Both the position numbers and the translations under genes were made by a program. DNA of 64,000 nucleotides from Utricularia gibba (lineage: Eukaryota; Plantae; Magnoliophyta): contig NEEC01000009.1 in assembly GCA_002189035.1 (NCBI GenBank), positions 3,224,001 through 3,288,000 on the forward strand. Direction: 5' to 3'. Within the stretch, counting starts at the first letter, position 1. Every line of letters starts with the position of its first letter. Of the stretch, positions 41,286 to 52,901 are shown in pieces. The notes beneath the pieces were generated by a model. It made no database searches, was not told the origin of the DNA, and saw only the letters and a list, made by a program, of their open reading frames with translations.

Positions 41286-43443
41286 ATGGATAGGGTGTTT
41301 TCGGGGGACGAAATGGCTGACCCATGCTGGTTGTCTCACGCGCCGCCGAATCGCCACCGCAGGGAAGCTGACTTGGATCAGCAGTCTGCATCCGTCACTG
41401 GGCCGTCATCAAATGACCTGCGGATTAGCCGGAGCCCGTCAGAATGGGCGCTCCATAAGTTTCTTCAGGAGGCCGCGCTGCCTGATCGCGTCAGTGGCGT
41501 CCCACAAAGCGGGGATAGCACTGAGATAAAAGTGAATCATGAGGTTCAGAAGGACGATCGTCCTCGGGAGATCGTCGCCCCACCGAATATTCCTATTGAT
41601 TCGGAAGCATATCAGGCCTTCCTCAAAAGTCGACTTGATTTGGCCTGCGCTGCTGTCGCTATGAACTGGGTGCGTTCCTTTTGTTTCTATTGATACTGTG
41701 CGTATATAGTTAAGTGGGGAAGCTACTTGTTTCTGGGTTCAACATATTCCAAGTGTATCTTGCGATGATGCAAGGGCTTGTGAATTCACATGGTTCTCTT
41801 AAGATTGTAGCTTATTTGCCAGGACCTTGTATCTAAACCGTGTGGAATGGTTTCGGGATTCACGTTTATTTATACATGTTGTTATCTTAGTTTGGCCAAA
41901 AAGTTTAGCTTTCCAGGCATCCAGCCCAAAGTCCCAAGAGGCCGTTCCAGCAGCATCTGAAGTTGGCTCTCAAGCATCAAACTCTTCACATATGAAAGGT
42001 GATTGAACTAATAGTATGCATCGAACATCTTTGCATTAATAGAAGTTGCTTTCAGCGAGAATCTGGTCTTTAGTTGCTCCCCTTCCCGCCCCTATGAAGT
42101 TGTTTTTATGTGTGTTGAAATGGGATAATAATTCAGCATCCTTGGTCAAAAGCCTAGTTTCTGGAGGTAAAAGGTTCTTATTATTTAAAGGTTGGCAATG
42201 ATCCATGATATTCTTTGCCGTTATTGTAATCCAGAGGTAGCTTCGACTACATTCTTGCGTAATCTACTGTCTATTCAGCAAGCGACTTGGAAACAGTGAA
42301 GTCACAGGATAGGGACTCAATGCAGCCTCCTGGTACATTGGTCGCACCAGCAATATCGAGGAAATCTGGGGCTCAAGTGCGATCAACAACAAGTGGGTCA
42401 TCTGGAGAGCTGTCTGATTATGATGATGCTGATGCTGAAACTGTGGATACTCAGAATATGGACCCTGCAGATGCAAAACGGATGAGAAGGTACTTGGCTG
42501 CTATACTTTTACTTTTAAATCATGTCTGACAATCATGTATTTCTATGTATACAGAATGCTTTCAAATAGAGAATCGGCTCGACGTTCACGAAGGAGAAAG
42601 CAGGCCCATTTGAGTGAGCTAGAGACACAGGTATTTGGGAGGAAAAAATTATCCATCTTCATTCCCAATCCCAAAACTCTCATTTACAATTGTTTGGTGG
42701 TTACTTCGCTAGGTCTCGCAATTAAGAGGAGAAAATTCATCTTTGCTCAAGCGCCTAACTGACATAAGCCAGAAGTACAATGAAGCAGCGGTTGACAATC
42801 GGGTTCTGAAGGCTGATATTGAAACATTGAGAGCAAAAGTAAGCTGCACTGTCATATCAATCCTAACCAGATTTTCATGGTGATGGCTTTGCAATACTTT
42901 TTTTCTTTTGTGACTCTACTCCATTGGCATTCAGGATTCAGATTTCTAACAACATTTTGGATATGCCATCAAAGCAAGTTTTTATGCTGGTTATGTTTAA
43001 TAATGCGGTATCAACTGATAATTGGATTACTTTCTCCCCTCTAACCCGAAAACTCTTCTTCCTCCTTGTAACAGGTGAAAATGGCTGAAGAGTCTGTCAA
43101 GAGAATTACTGGATTCAACCCTCTATTCCAGGCAATGTCCGAAATTACCACAATGGAGATCCCTGCATTCAACGGCAGTCCTTCCGATGCATCAGCTGAT
43201 GCTTCTGCCACCTTGCAAGAGCAACCAAAGCTGCAATACTATCAGACCTCTACCAGCAACCATATAATTGACCACAGAACACAAAGCAGTTTAGTGGACA
43301 CCATCTCAGCAGAGAGCCAACCTCAAAAGGCATCTCTTGGTGTTGGGGCCACTAGGACGGGAGGAAGTGGCTCGCTACCGAGAGTGGCCAGCTTGGAACA
43401 TCTGACAAAGCGTATCCGTGAGGGGGCAGGTGGAAAAAAGTAG
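41286..43443 (+). CDS. Group C bZIP transcription factor (bZIP63/CPRF2-like), six exons
   Basis: [38 protein letters not shown], basic region [41 protein letters not shown] and [12 protein letters not shown]. Confidence 0.94.
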
Positions 43444-44022
43444 GTTTAGTGCATTCTATGCCCCTCTTAGCCATCATTTGTTGCAGTTTGCTGGCAGTCT
43501 GATTTCGAAAAAATTTTTTTTATTGAGTTACTAATCAACTTTGCCTGTCTAAGTTTGTTTTCTGCTTTTTGTACAGTTCGCTTGCACGATTTGCCTTAGA
43601 AAGTAAGCTGTGCCCTCCTAGAATTTATATGTACATGTTCATCTTTACATATCTTTAAACAGTATCATTCTTTCTACCTATAAGCAATTAGGTGATGAAA
43701 CAGCAGATCTACTGTACTTACATGTGTGGCTGGATCAGTATTTTCTGTCTTATGCCTCTTCAGCGCCAATCAGTCGCCTTGTTTTGGCTGCCTAGCATTC
43801 CACCTACGAGTCCATCCAGGTACAGGTACAACGTGAACGCAGGCGACGAGAAGCTATCGGTTATCGAACATCTGGGCTGAACGGATTTGAGACGACGGGA
43901 GACCACGATGCTGGCTAGCTTTGCTCACAGCCGCACAGAGTGGATTGACAAGTTATCAGATATTGCCCGATAAGCTGCAGAGGATGGACTCGGTGTGCAA
44001 CTAGCCCAGCTTTGATCATTTT

Positions 44023-44484
44023 TCAGGAAGATTGCTTGAGAGAACAAGCGACAGCCTGTGCCCAATGCCTTAGTTTAGTCTTAACGTGGTGAGGATCTTC
44101 CCCAGGGGTTATAATCTTCTTGATGGGATCATAGTCGGAACCGGGGCTGCGCGAGGAAAACTGTCGGTTAACAGCGAAGTAGAGATCCAAGGCAGGAATG
44201 GTGGAGCAGAGATCCTGGCCATTTTGTTCCGTGAACCCAAATCCCAATTCAATGCATCCCCTCAGCTCCTTCAGATCCTCGTCGGACAGCAAATCGGATT
44301 CGCTGTTCCGTTTTCGGATGAATTGGCGCCGCCGCCTCTCCCAAGCCTTGTCACGGGGAACCTCCCGCATCGATAGCTGCTTCCACAGCGTCTTTTTGCT
44401 CCGCAGGAAAGGCGGCGGCAACCGGCGAGGGTCTGATGGAGGTGAAGAGGATAAGAGACGGTGGTTATGCGTTTGTTCTTCCAT
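44023..44484 (-). CDS. DUF1685 family protein, intronless
   Basis: LSDEDLKELRGCIELGFGF, LCSTIPALDLYFAV and GEDPHHVKTKLRHWAQAVAC. Confidence 0.9.
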   Translation of the reverse strand: MEEQTHNHRLLSSSPPSDPRRLPPPFLRSKKTLWKQLSMREVPRDKAWERRRRQFIRKRNSESDLLSDEDLKELRGCIELGFGFTEQNGQDLCSTIPALDLYFAVNRQFSSRSPGSDYDPIKKIITPGEDPHHVKTKLRHWAQAVACSLKQSS

Positions 44485-45033
44485 GTGGAATAAAACACAA
44501 GATTCGTTTATTTCTTCTGGTGGGACGAAATGGCAGCCACGGCGGAGGAAGGTTAGGCCTTGCCTTAGGCCGCCGTGGAAGGGTGGCGGCAATGGGGAAT
44601 ACGTGATCGATCTATTACTGATCGATTATGCGTGGCGCTGGATATGGCGCGGCTCAGTTAAATGGCGCGCCATTCATTCCGCGGCTTCCAAATCACCTCC
44701 CATTTCTAACCGTCATTTGCCTCTTCAATGTTGATATCTACCAATTAAGAAAATCAGCCTATTATTTAAAAATAATATAATAACAAACCAGGCTGGGGGG
44801 CGGCGAAAGCCCAAGAGCTGTTTAGGCCCACGCCAGCAAACACCTGATTATTATAAGAATAAAAAAGAGCTTGAGATTCATGTTTTCTGAAGCTTTCCCT
44901 CCGTTGCTCCTGGAACTGATGCGGTGCGTGTGGAAGTTCTCCGTCGCTCCGTGACTGGAGTTGCTTCCCTTGTGATTCTTCCTGAGAGAATCTGTTCGCC
45001 CGCTCACTTTTGAAAGCAGCAAGTGACATAGGG

Positions 45034-45638
45034 ATGAGTTCTGAAATCATCTCTCAAGTCTCAACCCTAGCGTACAGTAGAACAGTTCAGACCAGACCAT
45101 TGGGACTGCATTTCCTTCTCCCGTGGCCGTAGCCCTGGATATCCATGATCTGGTGTTCACTGGAAAAATCGGTTTCCCTTGTAACCTTTCCTTCAGGTTT
45201 TTGGTATGGGGGTGATGGATCGCAAAGTCGAGATTCAAGAAATATGATGCAGAATGCAAACAGTACTTGATGCCCAAGTACTTCTCACGCCTTTATGGAG
45301 ATGAAAGCAAACCATCTCTTCTTCATCTTGTAACAAGCAAACTTGGCTTTATTGAAAAATCTCATCTTTATGACTATAGATGAGCAGGGCAAGCTATCTC
45401 TGCTGGAAGGTAAGGAAAAAAACATCACCTTTTCTTTAGTTCGTCTCAGCAGACGGGAAAAATATTGTTTTTTCACCGATGGGATGTTGTACTGTGCAGG
45501 CTTTCTCCCTCCAATTGTTTGTTGATCCAGCTGCTTTTTTGTGAGCAGATCACGGAGTCTGTTGAAAGTCAAAGCTCCCCTGCAACAAGAATCACTGGTG
45601 CTCCAAGCGATAATAAGCCTGGAACCCAGGGAAACTGA
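45034..45638 (+). pseudogene. Probable decayed copy of a small uncharacterised multi-exon plant gene
   Basis: Exon-like blocks IGTAF...LDIHD, SRFKKYDAECKQYLMPKYFSRLYG, GQAISAGR and LFVDPAAF-EQ are flanked by plausible splice sites (45196, about 45410, 45498). Frames do not join and the donor expected after YG reads AT. Family resemblance is from memory only. Confidence 0.4.
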
Positions 45639-45935
45639 GAACTGAGATATGTGAGAAAGAAGCCTCAAGCGTTGTTACTTGTTTCTTGTGAAAGGGGATT
45701 GACAAGATAACACGAGCTAAGTGAAAGATCTGTTATTCAAAAGCCTTAACAGAAACACCAGTGAATAATCATCCTTCAATGATCTGAAATCAGCGTCCAG
45801 ATGCAAATGAAGGAGATCTGATCGGAGACTGATAGCAGCCAACAGAAGAAAAAGATATCTAGATCCGAAAGCCCAGAACCAACAACCCATAATAAAGCAG
45901 TTCCTCGCAAGACTCACAGTCGACCGCCGGGGAGA

Positions 45936-46325
45936 TCAGGAACTTGATTCGACTGCGAGGCCTTTCTCCTTGTCTTCCCATTTCACGTCTCCTTTCCTGA
46001 CGATCGCGGATCTACCGATGACGGTGGCATCGAACTCCAGGCGGCGCATCCGCCTTCTCCTCCTGATCGTCACTCGTCGCTGAATGTATGGTACGCCGAT
46101 GACTGATCCGGCGGTTACCTGGTGGATCGCTTTCACCAGCAGATCGAGACCCCGACACCGATGAGAAGCCTCCCCTGCGGCGGTCAATGCGGAGAATCGG
46201 CAAGAAGTGGATGAATCTTGAGACGATGCGAATGAATCAACCACCGTCACCGACGAGGAGTCGGACGACGACAACAATGGCGGCGATGACGAGCTTCCCA
46301 ACGATTCTCTACCGCGTATTCTCAT
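45936..46325 (-). CDS. Uncharacterised 129-aa protein (Ser-rich N-terminus, basic stretch); possibly truncated
   Basis: ATG-initiated GC-rich ORF with a coding-like block GLDLLVKAIHQVTAGSVIGVPYIQRRVTIRRRRR. No domain that I can name. Confidence 0.55.
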   Translation of the reverse strand: MRIRGRESLGSSSSPPLLSSSDSSSVTVVDSFASSQDSSTSCRFSALTAAGEASHRCRGLDLLVKAIHQVTAGSVIGVPYIQRRVTIRRRRRMRRLEFDATVIGRSAIVRKGDVKWEDKEKGLAVESSS

Positions 46326-46590
46326 CGCCCGAGAAAACCGTTGAAAAATGGAATTCAGAGTGAGCGACTTTGGCCGAGAATCCTCTGGGCAGAAAGCACC
46401 ACTTTGTTCACGCGGATCCCGGAGTGCAGGCCAGGGCTTTTATATATCCACCCAATTAAGCGCGTTAATTTCAGATCTTACCGCATTCGACATATGAACG
46501 ACGTCGTTTGCAAACAATACGCGTTCACTCATTCTGTTGGCAATATGTTAGAATCAGTAGTTAATTCGCATGTGCATTTCCCTACAGTTT

Positions 46591-47685
46591 TCAAAGGAGG
46601 AACGAACGCCAGGTTTCTTCAGCTGCCTTCTCCCATGAAGAGAGCTTCATGGCAGCAGCACTGCAGCTATTCCCACGACTGCGCTTTGGGGACTTGGCAC
46701 GAGTAACTGGTATCTGCAAAGGAAAGTAGCCACATACAACGGGCTTCTCTTACTGCACTGAATGTCACTAAGCTTTGCAGGAGGCCCTTCATGATAAAAA
46801 CTGGGAACTCGATTTGCTTTGTAGCCCATGTTCTTTCTCATCGATTTTAGAGCTGCATGTTCTTCTTCCTGGTTAATTTGAATGGCATTACATCTCAAAA
46901 GTAACAACAGCCAAAACAGATCACTGTAATCGCAAAATGACACTGCCTGCAACTGATGAAGAAACACTACCAATGCATTACCTTAATTCTAGCTTCATAT
47001 TCAGCCTTCTCTTTTTCCAAGGCTTTGTGTTTTTCCTCAAACTTTGAGTAAAACTAGTCATGAAAATAGCTTAAGTTTTTAAAGAAGAGGATAAAAACAG
47101 GGAAAGATCGCATTTGCTCATCATAAAAATGTATCTCCTAGCGCAATTGCAGACGATCCACACAAGTAAACCCGGGAGTGACTGGAACATTAATTTTTGC
47201 ACTACGTAAAGAAGTAACACGGCTAAATCAATGACAACCAAAGTGCGTGAACCAAGAACTGAGAATCAATATGTTTAAAATCAGGAAACAGGGGATAAGA
47301 ACACGATAGATATAGAGATTAAGTACACGAGGAAGACAATGCCCAATTGCCATTTTCTTCCAGAAAACGGAGGAAGATTACATCGAGAACACTAAATCCA
47401 CTAACCATCAATTTTTTATCTGACTCTGGTGAATGTGAATTAATGGGCATGTGCAAAAAAGTCCACTGAAGAACTATTCTTTTCAGTTCCACCAGCATGA
47501 TCAGGGCACTGTGAACTCCCGTTTGACACCTTGTCGGCCGCAGATGGGGATACAGATTTAACAGGCGAGTTCAACTTCATCTCCCTGATTTTATGAACCT
47601 CAGCCTCAATTATACTTTCTTCTGGTTCATGGTGGGTGATTTTCGCCCCCTACCACATTGTCTTGCTTCTCTTTGCATCCATCAT
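46591..47685 (-). pseudogene. WVD2-like (WDL) TPX2-domain gene, pseudogenised
   Basis: TPX2 blocks PGFTCVDRLQLR*E / FYSKFEEKHKALEKEKAEYEARIK / EEEHAALKSMRKNMGYKANRVPSFYHEGPP / IPVTRAKSPK. In-frame TAG at 47652-47650 and at 47140-47138, donor reading AT at 47134-47133, and no in-phase GT after the EGPPAK exon. Confidence 0.8.
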
Positions 47686-48642
47686 CGTCCTGCCACACTC
47701 AACTGGAGGATGAGATAGCCAGACGGAAGTGTTTTATAACAACAATACATTTCCAGAAACAGTATACATTCAAAACCATTTGACACACAATAGTTCGCGG
47801 ATATCCCATAAAATGATAATAACCTAAAACCACAACACTCCGCCCGTACAGCTGATGAGAGGTAGATTTCACAGAAAAAAAAAAAACAGCATGCAAATCG
47901 AGCCATACAACAAACGACAATGCATGAAAATGGGGAAAAGAAATAAAAAAGGGGTTTACATTACATCTAAAGATCGAATTGAAAACAACGAGACAAAGTT
48001 CAATACAGCGAGAAACCCACCGTACACTGCCTCGGTTCCTCCTTGCTGTCTCCAATGAGAGCGACAAGATCTGCAATATATGCGTCACCCACAACCTTCA
48101 ACGCCACACCTGCAACCAAACGTGAGCCCAACTCCCTTCTCTCCAGCAATTGGTAGCATATCAACCGGTTGTTTTTTTTTTTTTTCTGAAGAGCAATGAC
48201 TCAGTAGTCTCTGATCCTAGGGAAAAGCTAGACTTCTCTCCAGCAATTAGCAGAAAGTAACTCCCAAGAGCGGGGAAGGCGTAGGGCAGGCAATCCGAAA
48301 TCTTGCACTTGGGCCTTGATGACTAAGAAGCCCATTTAATGTGACATATTTAGTGAATTTGGAATTTCAAAATCACTCTAATAATGAACATGACATATTT
48401 CAAAATCCACTCTTGATGCTGATGCATAGTTTGAAAATATATATACATATAACATCCGTACACAGTACAACAAAGTCTAGATGAAGACAACAAAACCCTC
48501 ATCTAAACTCCCATAATTTATATAGACAGACAACAAAAGCAATCACAGAAGTCACAATTCTAAATACTACACGCCTTGTTTTCATCTGGGGTGAAAGCTG
48601 TAGTCCTGTAACCGCTGCCTCTGATCTTGAAGAGATTCTCCA

Positions 48643-51056
48643 CTACAGGCCAGGTTCAGGAGTTGTATGGATGATGCCAGGGCGACCTGCAAGATGTCTG
48701 TCGCCCGTGGCTTCACTTTTCTCATCAGATTCTTGGACAATAACTGTGGGAAATCTCAGGGGCTTCTCGGGAAGATTTTCAAAAAAGGAATTCATCACCA
48801 TGAACCTCAACGCCTGTAGCAGGCGTTTGTTGTCTTTCTTGATATCAGAACTCAACAACTTCATCAAAAGAGAAGGCTCCCTTTTGACATCCGCCCGTTT
48901 GTTCAGCTCACATGTTTGTTGCGTTCCTGAGCCATCCTTCTGGTCGTGCAAGTTTGTTGGATCGACCACCTCGGTTCTTTGTCTCTTGCGAGACCGACCA
49001 TTTCGCTGGAATTTGCCCCTTTTGTCTACCTTGTTGCCAAATCTCTCTCTCTTGCCATGATTTAAGTTTCTTTGTTCATTGCTATTTATCTGTACCTCAG
49101 AAGCTGACAGGTAATTTGATGGTATTTCCGCCACTTCACAACCTAATTCAGCTTGCTTTTCCAGTATCTCCTTGAGCCGCTGCACCAGAATTCATAGTTT
49201 TAGTAAAACGAGACTGCAGAAGCTATGAACAATTCCTATCAATGCAAAGAAAAGTTATCTATGGATAGTAACACTATTTTCCACATTAACGGACAGCAAT
49301 GAAGCAATTGAAGAATCCAGAGACTTCCATCAACCGCAACACATACCTGCCGGCGCAGTTCAGAAGCTGCATCTTTCGTCCCTAGTTGGCTTGAAGCTTC
49401 ACTCAACTTCTACAAAAGATCCCCATCCCATTGATATAGATGTATGATAGGGATTAGTACAACGTTGATATAAAAACCTTTTCCATGTTCCCTTTCGATG
49501 GGTAGTTTTTCCTTCGCTCCTCACGCCACTGTTGAATCTCTTTGTCCGTGTACTTTACAGAACATGGCCTTTGAAATGGAAAACAAGGAAAATACAGTAA
49601 ACAGAGAGTCAGACGCAACGACTAAATTAAAATGGTATGTATCAACTTGGGACGCATCAGCAGAAACAGGGGTTGTAACTTGTAATATACAGCAAGTAAG
49701 TGGTTTACCTCTTTTTTGCCTCTTGAATCTGATCGAAGGAAGAGCTGAAGTTCTTTACTCCAATGTTTTTGACACCTACATACAATAGGGACAACAATAT
49801 ATATACTGGTGAAATACATAATATTCAAGAAAGGAAGTGGTACGAATGCTAAAAGTGAACAAATTTGGCACGACGTGAAGGGGTATTCCATAGGCTCTGT
49901 ACTTGAACCAAAACTACACCGCAGGCAAGGAATAAGGCATGGAGTAACACACCAGTGATAAAAGTGATCACCCACCTTTCTCTCGATTTCCATTGTTATA
50001 TTGGAATCTGTTGGCAAATTGTTGATCACGAAACTGTTTTGTTCCAAATCTGCAATATTATTTAAGGCAGTGAAGTACCATTCGTTTATATCGTTTATAA
50101 GCACATGGAGAAACTATTGAAGAAGTTCACGGAAGCAAATATACCCTTTTTTCGAATCACCTTGTTTACCATGTCTAACAGAATCCTTGTGATAATTGAT
50201 CTGTTTATTGCTTCTGTCGCTCCTCAGAACTGCAGTATCCTACAGAAAGTAGTTATTGTTAAAATTACTCAGAATGAAATATATTGACTTCAGCGCAAAA
50301 CCCCAGCCGAAACTTTTTCCCAAACAAACAGGGGAAAAAAAATCCTCCACTAACAGCACCTAATAGCTTCAAGCAAGTCCTTACATCATTTTTACAATAA
50401 TACATCTGCAATTATGGAAACGAGGTGAATTAGATAAGAACCTGCTGTTGTGCAGAACTAGTAGGCAACACATTTTGATTACGTTGCACCGGAGCTGAAC
50501 CAAAATCACTGGGCATTAAATTATTTTGACTTGCTTGCATAGAAGCATTACCAATGGCCGCGTGCTGTGAAAAACCGGCACCATTAATCATACCCATCTG
50601 GGCATTCGGGAAAAGACCCAAACTTTGGGGGCCTAAACTTGCTATTTGCATCTGCAATATCTGGTTTGCACTTTGCAACAGACTCTGAGCATTGAATTGC
50701 CTATTGGACAAGAACGGAGGCATGTTTGCAGAATTCTGAACTTGGAACATGGGCATATAATTAGCATTCAAATTATGCATGCCGACGGGCCCCAAAGGGA
50801 AGAAGGACGCCGGAGGAAAAGATGCTGCTGGGTTGGTAAAAGGAGTCATTGATAGCTGATGGCCATTCGGCAGTCCCATTTGAAACTGCGGCAGAATCTG
50901 TAGAGCGCCCGAACAGATTAAATTTAGGAGTCTATACAGTTCGAATGAGAAAAAAAAATCACAAAAAACAAAATAGAGGTGATCGCAAATCAACTCGAAG
51001 CCGAAAAGAGAAAACCAAACAAGGTACCTGTTGAGGTGATCGTAAATTGGTGCCAT
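48643..51056 (-). CDS. NUFIP: NUFIP1/Rsa1-like box C/D snoRNP assembly factor
   Basis: Low-complexity Q/N/P/F N-terminus; NUFIP1 motif YTDKEIQQWREERRKNYPS; QRLKEILEKQAELGCEVAEIPSNYL; SLLMKLLSSDIKKDNKRLLQALRFMVMNSF. Exons join in phase. An upstream ATG at about 51089 is an alternative start. Confidence 0.85.
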
Positions 51057-51146
51057 TGATCTGAGCTCCATTACTATGTTTCTGTGCATTAGAATTCCAG
51101 CGAGGCCGCATTGTTTCAAGCAGGTAAGTTTTGTATGACGTTGGAG

Positions 51147-51280
51147 TTAGGGTTTAAGGCAGACACCTTGAAGACGAAGCGGAGGGAGAGATTTCCCTTC
51201 ATGGGCCTGGGTCTGTCCACCATATGGGCCCGCACAAAAAGCGTGGCCCGAATAGTGACGCATGGTTTTCTTAATGGGCC
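51147..51280 (-). promoter_or_regulatory. Telo-box plus site II promoter module of NUFIP
   Basis: AAACCCTAA on the minus strand at 51147-51155 and TGGGCC at 51202, 51225 and 51275: the classic pairing in ribosome-biogenesis gene promoters. Confidence 0.7.
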
Positions 51281-51674
51281 GCACAGAGCATAAAACGGAT
51301 ACTACGGAGATTGAAATGCCAGTGCCTTGCTCCTTTCTTTCTCTTGCTAAACGCCTGTTTAATCTGCGATTGGTTCATTTTCCACGGTGTTCCTTACCGC
51401 ATGAAACATGTCAAGCATCTACAATGTAGGACTTCTGTTTTCTTGAAAGTATCATAACATAACCATGACAGTGGGTATTTAGAAATCTGGTATACAACAA
51501 ATATATCTTTCAACTGCACACAGTAGTAGTAGGTGGAGTACTGCATCAATTCCTTGCTCCATGTTCATTTGTTATTTGTGGGCAACCCAAACTCCAAGCT
51601 TCAAGCAGGGAAGGACTTGGAAGAATACACCGAGTTCCACTAAAATGTGAGCGAACCACGGAGTAGGAAAGGAG

Positions 51675-52626
51675 CTATGTGTGTCTTACTTGTCTCTCCC
51701 ACATCAGATCCTCTGAGAATTGTGCAAGAGCAGCACGAGGATTCCCATTCGACATCGATAAGTAATATTCAGCGGTGCTATCATCAACACGCATGCACCT
51801 CTTCAGTGAGTCCACCACCCTTCTTTTCGCGTGATCAGTTGCCACACAATTCCAAGAATTTGCCTCAGGCCTGCTACCTTCAAGGTACAATACTGCGACC
51901 TCCCTTCTTGCGTAAGCATCGACTTCAATGAAGCATGTTGAGTTTATCAGAATCTCTGGCTTGCTTATAGGAATCAGCAGCCTGTCTCGGGAGTGTATTC
52001 CATGGTCACTCATCATGTTGTTCAAGCGTTTTATGTCCATGATCTGCGTGTACAAAGCATTGCAATATCCACACAGCACAAGCAATGAATTGCATAACCA
52101 TTTCTCATCAAACAAGCGCACAAACACACAATAGCACAATATTTGACACAAGAGCTAACGATTCGGAAACCCCCAAAAAAAGATGCATGATTTAGTCACC
52201 CGATGAATCAAAGGTTGCAACTACCTGAACAGAGTACTTGAGTGCTAAAGTAGCAATAGAATCGCCAGGACCAAGTCGATGAGAAACCGCGAATTTCCAA
52301 AGTGAATTGTCTCTCCAGAAACTCCCAGAGCTTGGGCTTCCGATTACGTCTCGAAGCTTCCAAGGCGACATGAAGGCTCGAAGTTGCATCTCCTTGTCGG
52401 AAGCCACCAATCGCCAGAATCGGCAAACACAGGCAGCCCTAGCAAGGTCTACAATTGGGAGCTTCTCCAGGATTGCTCGGAGAGTGTCGTAACAAGACAA
52501 GGCCGAGAAATTAGAATTCAATGGGGAGATCGTGATATCTACTCCGGTAGCCTCGTTAAGAGGTTGCAGAAGGTCAGGAAGAGGCGTCGCCGCTTCGTCA
52601 CCGTCATCGCTGCAGCAAGCCATCAT
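51675..52626 (-). CDS. F-box protein with LysM domain (At1g55000-like), two exons
   Basis: F-box DTLRAILEKLPIVDLARAACVCRFW; LysM HRLGPGDSIATLALKYSVQ|IMDIKRLNNMMSDHGI; C-terminal AEYYLSMSNGNPRAALAQFSEDLMWE. Confidence 0.92.
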
Positions 52627-52901
52627 CTCTGTTGGAGGCTCAATGATCCACAATTCATGGGGCCTAAATTTGATAAGGGGGCAAAATACAAGGGTTTAAT
52701 CTAAATATGATAAAGATATGTGGCGCATTCGCAATTTCTCTCCAAATCAACGACTCTATTATTTGTCAGGCACACGTTCCCGACAATTTGCAAAATGCAC
52801 CTTGTTTCACTGCTGCTGACTATCCAACAAGCACACTTTCTCTGCCTCTAAGAAAACCATATGCACAACACAGGATTAAAAACGCCTCTTGAATGTCCAT
52901 C

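Noticed and set aside
49622-50104. 160-aa nested ORF inside NUFIP
   Set aside because: It is explained by NUFIP exons read out of frame plus intron sequence.
51695-51706. USE-like TCCCACATC (snRNA or telomerase RNA promoter)
   Set aside because: It lies inside the F-box CDS, lacks the terminal G of the consensus and has no correctly spaced TATA; the similar hit at about 30539 is inside ZDS coding sequence.
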